Part shown: positions 8,014 to 16,172 of the stretch, one piece after another
Position numbering within the stretch: the stretch's first letter is position 1
How the letters are laid out: the number at the start of each line of letters is the position of its first letter
Sequence record: MN504636.1
Reading direction: 5' to 3' (one strand)
Origin: Pseudomonas phage Quinobequin-P09
Length of the DNA: 24,000 nt
Notes under the pieces: model-generated
The model's input: only the letters and a program-made list of their open reading frames with translations
Told to the model about the DNA's origin: nothing
Database searches by the model: none
Program-made: the position numbers and the translations under genes

Positions 8014-10944
8014 TTAGTAGCCCAGCGCGCGTTGATTGCGCTGAACGACGTTCATAATCAACTGTTCGCCATCGTCGGTTCCGAGGTAATCTCCGACAAT
8101 GGACGGATCCAGCACGTTGATGATCTTCGGTGTGACCACAGTGGGCTGAGCCGCTGCCTGGTCGCCTTGACCCTGTGCTGCTGTACCCTTGCGAACTTGT
8201 GTGGGCGTACTGACCGTCACCTGCTCACCGGGCGTTGCCCTAAATGCTACCATTTGTGAGTCTGCTCCACCAGTACCCCCGACGGTGAAGTTACCGCCGG
8301 TCATAAAGCCCTGAGTCTGCTGGGAGCGGATCGCTGCCACCTGTGCCATACCCTGCGCCACCACGACAGCCGCCATCGCCGCTCCGTAGATACCGCCCTG
8401 GGCCAGCGCCTTGGTTGCGCCCTCGTAGGTGTTCATGATCGCCTGGGTAATTGCCGCAGCTTTACCGATGGCAGCCAGCTCCTTGATGTTGGAGCTTTGC
8501 AGGCTGGCAAGCCCGGAGAAGAAGTTGCGCATGTTCTGCGTCTTCAACTCGTTTTCACGCTGCGCCAGCTGAACCTTGGCGTTCGAGTAGTCCTGCTCGC
8601 TGATCAGATCGTTCTGCCGCAGCATGTCGAGCTGGGCATAGTACGTCTGGATCAACTCCAGCTGAGCCTGCATTTGGCCTTGCATCCCAGCGGTGTCGAT
8701 ACCCATGCCACCCAGCATGCCCATCACCTGCCCTTGCGCATCGCCCGCAGTGAAGCCACTGCTCGGGTTGGCCAGCAGGTTGTTCATCGCTTCGATCTGC
8801 GTATTGAACGCGCGGCGCTGCTCAACGCTGTTCGCAAGCATCTGGTCCTGAGCTGCCACCAGTTCGTTCTGGCGTTGCAGCATCTCGATCTTGCTGCGGA
8901 GCGCAGCGGTTTCTTCTTGCGTGAGCGTGATGCCCTGCGAGCGCAGATCCTTCTCGATCTTCATGTACTCGGACTCAACCTGCCGCGCACGCGAAGACAT
9001 ACCGAGCAGACGGATCTGTTCGTCCATCTCGCGATTCACCTTGCCCAGCGGATCGATGATGTCCTGATAGTGGAACTTGAGGAGCTCGAGGTAACGTGCC
9101 TGATCCTGTGTGGTTATCAAACCCTTGGTGACCGCCTTGTTGAGCGTCTCCTCAGCCTTTGCCATTTCCAGCTTCGCACCTTCGACCGGAGCGATCGTGT
9201 TCAACAGGCTGCGCAGTTCGTTCTTGAGCTTCTCGAGTTCTTTGCGCTGCTTCTCCAGTTCCTTCTCGTCCGGGCCGGGGGCCTTGAAGGTGCCCATCGC
9301 TTGGTTCAGATCCACGCCGGTCTGGTTGCCCAAAGCTGCGGCGCGTTGCTTGCCGATTGCCTGCGCACGGGTGAAGACGCCATCGACCCACTTCTCCATG
9401 AACCCGCCTTGCTGCTGGAAGCCGTCATCGATAGACTGCGCGATGTTCTGACCGTAGGTCTCGAAGAACTTCGTATCGACTTGCTTCCGGTCAAACTTGA
9501 CGGTCTCAAGCAGATCCATCCCGACTGCGCTGCGCATCTTATTCACACCGTTGATCACGGTATTCACAAGGTTCTCGACAACACCGACGACCGCGTTATA
9601 GGTGCGGTTGAACATCTCCTTGATCGCGTCAGGCACACCAGCGAAAGCCCTGACCACAGCGATGCCTAGTCCGGTCAGCAGCCCAGCGATCGCGTCAATG
9701 GTGCGCGCGATACCCTTCGCCACCCCAGCAAAGCCCGAACCGACACCATCATAGAAGCTGGTATATTGGGCAAGCCAGTTTTTCGTTTCCTGGTCGGTTG
9801 CTTGTGTGATCGACTGATACACGTCCGCAACGATGTCGCCCAGCCCCGAGAACGCGCTGGAAGCGAGCTCCTTCAGATCACTGAATACGACCGCGATGTC
9901 CTCGCCCACAGCACGGAACACATCGCCTAGCGTAGTGACGTCGTCCAGGCCTACGTTGATCTCGTCCCGCATGAGCGTGAGGTAAGTCACGACAGCAGTG
10001 AGCGCGATCACAACAGCGGCCAGCGGATTCGCGGCAAGCACGGCCCACAGCGCCCGCACAGCGTTCGTTACGGCAGTGATCGCCGTAGGTACGAAGGCAA
10101 CAGCGATCGCGGCCCCTACCGACAGCGCTGCCGCTGCAACCATGTCCATATTATCAGCGATCCACTTCATCGCTTGGCCCAGCGTGTTACTGATGCCCAG
10201 TGCAGAATCGGTCTGGCCAATCCAGCGCATGAAGGCGTTACTGATCAGCGTGAAGCCCTGCGAGATGGTGAAGGATGCCTTGCCGAACTTGGCGTCAATC
10301 TCTTCCGACCCAGCAAGCATGGCATCGAAGAACGCCTTGGAGGTGAGCTTGCCGTCCAGCATCATCTTCCGGAGTTTGCCGATGCTACCCTCGGCGCCGT
10401 CAATGTGGTTCGCGACGACTTGCAGGATCGCAGGCGCACCTTCCAAAATGGAGTTGAATTCTTCCGCTCGAACGATGCCGCTACCCAGCGCCTGGCCCAT
10501 CTGCATGAGCGCGCCTTGCGCCTGCTGTGCGCTGGTGCTGCTGGCCGCAAGCGTCTTGCCCACGTTCTCCGTGAATTTGATCAGCTGGGCCTGGGATGCG
10601 CCAAGCTCTTTACCCGATCGCGCGGTTCGACTGTAGAGCTCGACGATATCCGTGAAGCCCTGGCGGGTGTTCTGTGCTGTCTTGTAGAGCTGCTCCTGCA
10701 CGGCAGCAGCTTCCGCGATGTCCTTGGTCGCGATGCGAATCTGCCCGGACGCGCTTGCCCATGCGTCGGCATACTTGCGGATCTGATCGACTGCGATAAA
10801 AGCAGTCAGCGCGCCGAGGGCGCGCTTGAGGATATCAACACCGCTTGCAGCTTTCTCAGCGGTATTGCCTACGTCCTCCAGGTTCCGCTTAACGACCCGA
10901 GAACCGTCTTCTCGGATTCGAATGTCAATAGTTTCGGTCGCCAT
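8014..10944 (-). CDS. tape measure protein
   Basis: 976-aa helix-rich protein. N-terminal region ...YKTAQNTRQGFTDIVELYSRTARSGKELGASQAQLIKFTENVGKTLAASSTSAQQAQGALMQMGQALGSGIVRAEEFNSILEGAPAILQ... is typical of tape measure N-terminal domains. Hydrophobic segments follow, and the gene is just downstream of the chaperones. Confidence 0.95.
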   Translation of the reverse strand: MATETIDIRIREDGSRVVKRNLEDVGNTAEKAASGVDILKRALGALTAFIAVDQIRKYADAWASASGQIRIATKDIAEAAAVQEQLYKTAQNTRQGFTDIVELYSRTARSGKELGASQAQLIKFTENVGKTLAASSTSAQQAQGALMQMGQALGSGIVRAEEFNSILEGAPAILQVVANHIDGAEGSIGKLRKMMLDGKLTSKAFFDAMLAGSEEIDAKFGKASFTISQGFTLISNAFMRWIGQTDSALGISNTLGQAMKWIADNMDMVAAAALSVGAAIAVAFVPTAITAVTNAVRALWAVLAANPLAAVVIALTAVVTYLTLMRDEINVGLDDVTTLGDVFRAVGEDIAVVFSDLKELASSAFSGLGDIVADVYQSITQATDQETKNWLAQYTSFYDGVGSGFAGVAKGIARTIDAIAGLLTGLGIAVVRAFAGVPDAIKEMFNRTYNAVVGVVENLVNTVINGVNKMRSAVGMDLLETVKFDRKQVDTKFFETYGQNIAQSIDDGFQQQGGFMEKWVDGVFTRAQAIGKQRAAALGNQTGVDLNQAMGTFKAPGPDEKELEKQRKELEKLKNELRSLLNTIAPVEGAKLEMAKAEETLNKAVTKGLITTQDQARYLELLKFHYQDIIDPLGKVNREMDEQIRLLGMSSRARQVESEYMKIEKDLRSQGITLTQEETAALRSKIEMLQRQNELVAAQDQMLANSVEQRRAFNTQIEAMNNLLANPSSGFTAGDAQGQVMGMLGGMGIDTAGMQGQMQAQLELIQTYYAQLDMLRQNDLISEQDYSNAKVQLAQRENELKTQNMRNFFSGLASLQSSNIKELAAIGKAAAITQAIMNTYEGATKALAQGGIYGAAMAAVVVAQGMAQVAAIRSQQTQGFMTGGNFTVGGTGGADSQMVAFRATPGEQVTVSTPTQVRKGTAAQGQGDQAAAQPTVVTPKIINVLDPSIVGDYLGTDDGEQLIMNVVQRNQRALGY

Positions 10945-11372
10945 TACAGCTCCTCTTTCAAAGCGTTCTGCAACAGGCTTCCGGCGCCCTGCGCAGCAGC
11001 GACCCCGACTAAGACTGCCTTCTCAACAAAGCCCGACGGGGCTTGTGCTGACCAGCCGTCATTCAGCCGTCCGATATATGGAAGGTTGTTCGTGATATGG
11101 ATTGCGGAACCGCCCTTGTACTTAGCGATCTCCGTCTGACCTTCTGCGATTGCAGCTTGACCAGTTTGATCGAGTGCGTCGCGCGTCCCACTGGCAGGCC
11201 CACCGAGATTGACCTGCCAGTTAGAACGCGCGCGACCCGTATCGACAGGGGTGGCGATGACCACAGCGCTATCAACAGCGAGCGCGACCTTCCGTGTCAT
11301 GGCATCAGCGTTCTTTTCGATACGCTTACCCATCACACGAATCCGTCCCGCGAACTGTCTCAAGTCGGCCAT
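10944..11372 (-). CDS. HK97 gp10-like neck/tail completion protein
   Basis: 142 aa containing ATPVDTGRARSNWQVNLGG...AIHITNNLPYIGRLNDGWSAQAPSGFVEKAV, the TPVDTG.LR..W / ITN..PYI..L..G.S.QAP.GFV signature of the gp10 family. Confidence 0.85.
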   Translation of the reverse strand: MADLRQFAGRIRVMGKRIEKNADAMTRKVALAVDSAVVIATPVDTGRARSNWQVNLGGPASGTRDALDQTGQAAIAEGQTEIAKYKGGSAIHITNNLPYIGRLNDGWSAQAPSGFVEKAVLVGVAAAQGAGSLLQNALKEEL

Positions 11373-12148
11373 CTATTTGCCCGCTCCTGTTTGTTGCGTG
11401 GCGCTCTTCAACTTCTTCGCTTTGAAGTCGAGATAGACCTTGTCGAGTGCCTGTATGTGGTAGAACAGATCCTCGCGTTGCTCTCCCTCGATCTCGTTTG
11501 CGTCCGCCCACTCCTTTATGGCGAGCCAGCTGATTGGACCTTCTGTGTTATAGCCAGTTCCGCGACATGTGGTCAAGTCAAGAAAGGCCATATGGTACAT
11601 CTCCAGTCCTAGCAGCAGTTCAGGGGCATTGGCAATCTTCTCCGGTAGCGGTAAGCGTTGTTGAACGCACTGTTGAATGATGAACTTTTCTGTGGGGCCC
11701 TGCTCCAGGTAGTAGAGCAGGACGTCCGTTAGTTTTTTGCGTCAGCCTCCCGCACCTCCGCGCGGAAGAGTGCAGCACGCTGGCTCTGCTCCTGGATGTC
11801 ACGGAACAGGTCCGGCAGGTCGTCGAACAGCTTGATGCAGTTCTCGACCGAGAATTCCATCGCGTTGCCGTTCTCGTCCTCGACGTTCTCCCAGCCAATG
11901 ACGACGGTCTCGGCATACACTTCTTTGACGATGCGCTCCACCAGCGCGGATTCCATCGTCTCGTTCTGGATCTGGCGACGGTAGGGCTTCACGCGCGCTT
12001 CCATCCGTTTGGCGTAGGCGTTGTTCGAACCGCCCGCACGCGCCACGCGAATGCAGATCGGCTTGCCCTTGCTGTTTTCACCGTACTCGAGCAGGATGCC
12101 GTCCTTCTCGAGGGTGTTGTCGGTCTTGAATTGTTTGTAGAGACTCAT
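11373..12148 (-). CDS. tail assembly chaperone G-GT fusion made by -1 programmed frameshift
   Basis: Frame 0 (12148..11729) ends ...EVREADAKN*. A -1 slip at A_AAA_AAC continues ...ADAKKLTDVLLYYLEQGPTEKFIIQQCVQQRLPLPEKIANAPELLLGLEMYHMAFLDLTTCRGTGYNTEGPISWLAIKEWADANEIEGEQREDLFYHIQALDKVYLDFKAKKLKSATQQTGAGK*. The -1 frame is open from the slip site to 11373, giving 258 aa. Confidence 0.88.
11697..11723 (-). promoter_or_regulatory. putative frameshift-stimulatory stem-loop
   Basis: Minus strand GTCCTGCTC-TACTACCTG-GAGCAGGGC forms a 9-bp stem (one G-U) with a 9-nt loop, starting 8 nt after the slippery heptamer. Confidence 0.65.
11729..12148 (-). CDS. tail assembly chaperone, short G-like product
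   Basis: 139 aa: MSLYKQFKTDNTLEKDGILLEYGENSKGKPICIRVARAGGSNNAYAKRMEARVKPYRRQIQNETMESALVERIVKEVYAETVVIGWENV... Position between the major tail protein and tape measure genes, with a slippery site at its 3' end. Confidence 0.88.
   Translation of the reverse strand: MSLYKQFKTDNTLEKDGILLEYGENSKGKPICIRVARAGGSNNAYAKRMEARVKPYRRQIQNETMESALVERIVKEVYAETVVIGWENVEDENGNAMEFSVENCIKLFDDLPDLFRDIQEQSQRAALFRAEVREADAKN
11732..11738 (-). promoter_or_regulatory. -1 ribosomal frameshift slippery heptamer A_AAA_AAC
   Basis: Minus strand reads GAC GCA AAA AAC TAA CGG. The heptamer is in the correct register immediately before the frame-0 stop. Confidence 0.9.
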
Positions 12149-12206
12149 TAGATCACCTCATGGTGCAGTTTCAGGGCGCGGGCACCATTGCTCGCACCCC
12201 TGTAGC

Positions 12207-13737
12207 TTACACGCCGCCAGCCACGTCAGGCAAGTAGGAGAAGCTCTGGAAGAGCAGGGTGTGGCCGAATTTGGATTCAGCCGCGTTGTTTTCCAGAGGC
12301 AGAGTGATCGCCTGGTCTTGCTCCACCGCCAGACGACCATCACCCAGCGACAGCAGCGGGATATCCCACAGCAGCGCGAGGTTCTTCTTCAGCATGACGA
12401 TATCGACCGTCACGTCGCTGTTATTGCGCACAGCCTGCACAGCGGTGACATCCGCGAAGTAGGCCGTCGTACTGCCGCCCACCTCGAAGGTGCCTGCGCT
12501 GGTATCGAATGCGCCCAGCACGCCGATCGCCTTGTTCGGGCTCACGTTGTTATTCACCGACAGCGACATTTCGGTCGCAAAGGCGAACAACGGAGTCGGA
12601 GCGGCGTCAGTGCTGCTGGCCAGCGCCAACTTGATACGGCTGAAGTCGCTGGAGGTGTTGAACGCGGAGCCAGGAACCAGCGTGGGGCGGGTGCCAGACT
12701 TGACACCAGTTGCGCCGGTGCGCTGTTCGTTATCCACCGCCACGAACGTCATGTCCATGGTGACCTTGTCAGCCTGCGCGATGTTGAGCGTCAGCTCGTT
12801 CGGTACAGCACCCACGAGGTACTCGGACATCGTACCGTTGGCGTCGGCGCCCAGCGTGCGCTCTACTTGGTAGGTGCGACGCTTGATCAGGGTCGGATCG
12901 CTTTCGTTCTTCAGCACCGAACCGAAGAAGATGCGGATGGTCTTACCCGTACCGACTTCCGCTTGCGGGGTCCAGGACACCTTGTCGAACTCGAGGTAGG
13001 TTGCGTCGATCACGCTTACCCGCGCGAATCCGCGGTTGTTCGTGAATTGCGTACCGACCGCATCGCCGCCCAGGAACACCCATTCACCAGCGATGAGGCC
13101 CAGCGTGGTGAAATCGAGCGTACCGCTTGCACGGTTGAGACGCACCAGCGAACCATTCATGGTGATATCGACGGTCGCGCTTGGGAACTGGTAGCCCACA
13201 GTCTCGAGCTTGGCAGCAGCAGGCGGGGACGCTTCGTCGGAGATCACCTCGTTGATGACCACAGCGGTCGCAGTGCTCGCGCTGGCGACGCTCTTCAGGC
13301 CGTTGTTGGCGGTGACACCGAAAGCCCGACGCCATGATCAGCTGGTTGGCCAGGAAGCCGGTCAGCCCTGCTGCGGCCGCGTAGGTCTTGGACGCACCAG
13401 TAACACCAGTGATCGGCGTTGCAGCCGTGTTCATGGGCGCGGTGGTTTTCTTCTCGCGGATGTCCGCGAAGAAGAAGCCTTGCAGCAGGCGGGTCGTGTT
13501 GTTGAAGGTCAGATCCTGGTTGAAACCGCCGGAGGCGTCCAGGTCAGTCGTCACGCCCTTCTTACGCTGGCGCGACGGGTTGATGGGGTTGCGGGCCACG
13601 GTAGCAATCTGGCCACCGAAGTCCGCATAGGAGTTCGGTTCCAGAGGATACCAGACCGGCGAACCGGGAAGTGTTTTGAGAGAAGCCTCTTCGGCGAACC
13701 GGAGGCCGGTTACGTTCGAATCGATCTTGTTTGCCAT
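12207..13737 (-). CDS. major tail (tube) protein, apparently broken by a +1 indel at 13321-13323 (about 509 aa if corrected)
   Basis: The track splits it into 13737..13084 and 13262..12207. Changing TTT to TT in TCGGGCTTTCGGT joins ...AAGLTGFLANQLIMASGF to GVTANNGLKSVASASTATAVVINEVISDEASPPAAAKLETVGYQ... The corrected length is 1530 nt, divisible by 3. It sits between the tail terminator-like gene and the chaperones. Confidence 0.82.
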
Positions 13738-13741
13738 GTGA

Positions 13742-14152
13742 TCACCTCACGTCGTCATAAGAGAAGGTTGCCAGGACGTTCAATTGCTCAAACGCCCCAC
13801 TCGTCCCAGCTTCATTCATCCGCACGTCTCGGAACCAGACATTCGGATGTCGGGCGGCCTGGAAAGCATCCACCACGAGCTGGGCTGCATCGTATCCGGC
13901 CTTGGAGCCATCTCCCACGGGGGCGAACACTTGGATATAGACTGTTCCAGTGCGCGACCAGCGCTTCGCACCTTGATCGTCGGATAACGATGCTTGACGA
14001 CCAGTTGCGTGCCGGATTGTAGCACGAGCCCACACTGTCTCGCTAGTGGGAGCACTGCCGGGCACATCAGTCCAAACGGCAGGGAACCCCGTCGGATCCC
14101 ATGCCGCCTTGAAAAACCCGAGGATGATATCGCGCGCTTCATCAAATGTCAT
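13742..14152 (-). CDS. tail terminator-like / minor tail protein
   Basis: 136 aa from ATG at 14152, overlapping the upstream stop: MTFDEARDIILGFFKAAWDPTGFPAVWTDVPGSAPTSETVWARATIRHATGRQASL...RTGTVYIQVFAPVGDGSKAGYDAAQLVVDAFQAAR...VWFRDVRMNEAG. Length, position and content fit tail terminators. Confidence 0.75.
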   Translation of the reverse strand: MTFDEARDIILGFFKAAWDPTGFPAVWTDVPGSAPTSETVWARATIRHATGRQASLSDDQGAKRWSRTGTVYIQVFAPVGDGSKAGYDAAQLVVDAFQAARHPNVWFRDVRMNEAGTSGAFEQLNVLATFSYDDVR

Positions 14153-14535
14153 CGCTTCACCCCGAATACATACAGGACGACCATCGGGCCAGGCTTGAGT
14201 GCTTGCGCCCAATCTATGTTCCAGCGAACACCGTCGTCAAAAATTGCGTGAAAGTCTTCCAGCGACACGTCTGTCGGCCGCAACGAGTGCGACCTGCTCC
14301 ACACGGTCCAGGAGCTCCTCCTTGACAATATCGCGACCCAGGCCAGAGCCGGACGCAGGCACGAACACAGCGGGCAGGGTCTTTTCCACCGCCACGGTAG
14401 GCGCGCCAGGACCTTTCCAGGGCTTGGAAGGATCGGAAGACGTTGCGTCCAGCTTCTGGAGCTTGAACCCGAACGACCGTTCTCTGCGATCAGTTCCTGT
14501 GCAAGCTGGACGAATTCATTGTAATCGGTAGCCAT
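14149..14535 (-). CDS. head-tail connector region protein with two compensating frame breaks
   Basis: ATG at 14535 (MATDYNEFVQLAQELIAENGR). The middle is coherent only in another frame: FGFKLQKLDATSSDPSKPWKGPGAPTVAVEKTLPAVFVPASGSGLGRDIVKEELLDRVEQVALVA. The C-terminus returns to the first frame: PTDVSLEDFHAIFDDGVRWNIDWAQALKPGPMVVLYVFGVKR. A missing T near 14472-14473 and an extra base in 14276-14279 explain this. Confidence 0.72.
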   Translation of the reverse strand: MATDYNEFVQLAQELIAENGRSGSSSRSWTQRLPILPSPGKVLARLPWRWKRPCPLCSCLRPALAWVAILSRRSSWTVWSRSHSLRPTDVSLEDFHAIFDDGVRWNIDWAQALKPGPMVVLYVFGVKR

Positions 14536-14539
14536 CTGA

Positions 14540-15053
14540 TCACCTGATAACCTGGCTTGCCGAATAAACCAGCCCCCGCAACAGCATATCCGCCGCAGGG
14601 TACGGACGGAACAGCATAGGGGTGGCGCCAAGGCCGGTCTGCGGAACAGCGAATTCCGTCTCGATCGGGGCCGACCTTCTTTTTCGTTGCGACAACAGTA
14701 AGACCGCTGGCATCAACCTTGAGGTCAGGTGCCAGTTCCGCGGTCAGAGCGCGCAAAGCGTATTCGCAACACGCGCGGCGCAGCTTGACGGGAATGTCGG
14801 TGTCAGCGAAGCCTGCTGCACCAGTGCGCGGCCATGCCAGCGCTTGTGTGGTCGTCTTCTTGCCTCCGATGAAGCGCTGCCCAAAGCGCCCCTCGATGTA
14901 ATCTGTAGCCTTGATCAGTGCAGACTGCTTCACAGCGTCAGCACCAGTCCAGCCGGTAACGCCGCGGTCGGAGAAGTACCCGTCCGCTTCTGCGATTGTG
15001 ACGTACGAAGTGGCATCTGCCTTTGCAGTACCGTCTTCAACAACGAACGCCAT
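14540..15053 (-). CDS. DnaT-like / head-tail connector protein, apparent +1 indel at 14667-14670 (170 aa if corrected)
   Basis: MAFVVEDGTAKADATSYVTIAEADGYFSDRGVTGWTGADAVKQSALIKATDYIEGRFGQRFIGGKKTTTQALAWPRTGA... matches the T.AN.YVS..EAD.YF..RG...W / QALI.AT.Y.E..F..R..G.......Q.L.WPR pattern. Correcting CCCC to CCC gives a C-terminus KKVGPIETEFAVPQTGLGATPMLFRPYPAADMLLRGLVYSASQVIR* and 513 nt. Confidence 0.78.
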
Positions 15054-15385
15054 TATGCACCTCCGATCTTAGCGAAGCGGCCCAGACCGATATCGAGCAG
15101 CACTTCGAAGCCTGCTGCCGGTGTGACCACAGCAGCGCGCTCGACATAGTCCAGCGTCATGGATTCGCCTGCCGCAAGGGCGGGAGTCTTGATCGTTCGG
15201 TTGCTGGTTCCTGCGATGGTTGCAGCGGTAGTTCCGGCAGTTGCGCCGGCTACGCTCTTGAGTGCGAGGCGCGCACCAGCAGGCAGGGTGACCGCTCCGA
15301 CGGCAGGAGTATCGATCAGCGCCGCGAATGCTGTGCGGTTCTGACGCCCTTTCCGGTTCTTTGCGATCACCTGTGCCTGCTTCAT
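15053..15385 (-). CDS. small putative head protein, unknown function
   Basis: 110 aa MKQAQVIAKNRKGRQNRTAFAALIDTPAVGAVTLPAGARLALKSVAGATAG..., tightly packed between neighbouring minus-strand genes with a start/stop overlap. Confidence 0.65.
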   Translation of the reverse strand: MKQAQVIAKNRKGRQNRTAFAALIDTPAVGAVTLPAGARLALKSVAGATAGTTAATIAGTSNRTIKTPALAAGESMTLDYVERAAVVTPAAGFEVLLDIGLGRFAKIGGA

Positions 15386-15388
15386 TGC

Positions 15389-16099
15389 TTAGCCCCCGCG
15401 AGTGTTGCGACGTGCGCGAGCAGCGTCGATCGGCGCCTTCAGGTTGCTTGCCAGCTCCTTCAGGTTGATGCCGCTTTCGCGGATCATCTGCTGACGGGCA
15501 GCACGCGCTTCCAGGTTCTTGCGCTGAGCGGCCAGATAGTCCTGGATGTCGTTGCCGGTGCTGCGCTGCGGACGCGCTTCTTCCAGCTTGACGCGAAGCT
15601 CGTCTTCCTTCGCACGCGCTTCTTCGAAGGCCTTATCAACCTCGGCCTTGTGCGCGCGAATCTTGCTCACGAGCTCTTCTTGCTCGGCCAGCGCCTCTTC
15701 GAGCGCCGCGATGTCATCGGCTGCCACGCCAGCGGAATCTTCCATCTTGGGCTGTTCGGCTTGCCCAGCATCGAGGTCATCAGCTCGCTGGTCGGATTCG
15801 GTTGCCTGCGAGGCTTGCGGGGCCGTTTGCGGGGCGGCAGGGGCCGCGCTTTGCTGCTGCTCGCCGCTACCCCCTTGGCCTTGTGCTTGCGGGGCCTGCT
15901 GTTCGGCGCTGGGCGCGGTGTAGCCGGTTGCAGTGGTACGGGAAAAGCCAGGCGCCGCCGCAGCGACGGAATCGCGGGTCAGGGTCTGGTCGGATGCCAG
16001 CATCTTCACGGTATCCAGGCGCGGGAGACCGTCGGCTGTCCAATGGTTGTCGTTCTTGACATCCAGCTTGAGCAGCGCTTCAACAATCTTGTTCGTCAT
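15389..16099 (-). CDS. putative head-module protein with low-complexity linker and coiled-coil-like C-terminal half
   Basis: 236 aa: MTNKIVEALLKLDVKNDNHWTADGLPRLDTVKMLASDQTLTRDSVAAAAPGFSR..., then a Q/A/P-rich linker and an E/A/K-rich helical segment. Confidence 0.7.
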   Translation of the reverse strand: MTNKIVEALLKLDVKNDNHWTADGLPRLDTVKMLASDQTLTRDSVAAAAPGFSRTTATGYTAPSAEQQAPQAQGQGGSGEQQQSAAPAAPQTAPQASQATESDQRADDLDAGQAEQPKMEDSAGVAADDIAALEEALAEQEELVSKIRAHKAEVDKAFEEARAKEDELRVKLEEARPQRSTGNDIQDYLAAQRKNLEARAARQQMIRESGINLKELASNLKAPIDAARARRNTRGG

Positions 16100-16120
16100 G
16101 AGTCATTCTCCGGTGTGTGG

Positions 16121-16166
16121 TTAAGAAACGGACGCCCGCATTATACTGACCACATGCAGGCGTCCG
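16121..16166 (-). terminator. Rho-independent terminator after the putative decoration gene
   Basis: Minus strand CGGACGCCTGCAT-GTGGTCAGTATA-ATGCGGGCGTCCG-TTTCTTAA. The 13-bp stem has one wobble, a 12-nt loop and a following T-rich tract. It lies between genes ending at 16173 and starting at 16099. Confidence 0.75.
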
Positions 16167-16172
16167 CTACCC

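Noticed and set aside
8497-9669. 390-aa plus-strand ORF, along with 10174..11139 (321 aa)
   Set aside because: Both are antisense to the tape measure gene or its neighbour, and the sense-strand protein clearly has family character.
12261-13337. 358-aa plus-strand ORF
   Set aside because: Antisense to the major tail protein gene; histidine/arginine-rich shadow translation.
16142-16147. TATAAT match on the minus strand suggesting a promoter for the 236-aa gene
   Set aside because: It lies in the loop and stem edge of the terminator, and the sequence 17 bp upstream (AGCGGA) is not a credible -35 element.
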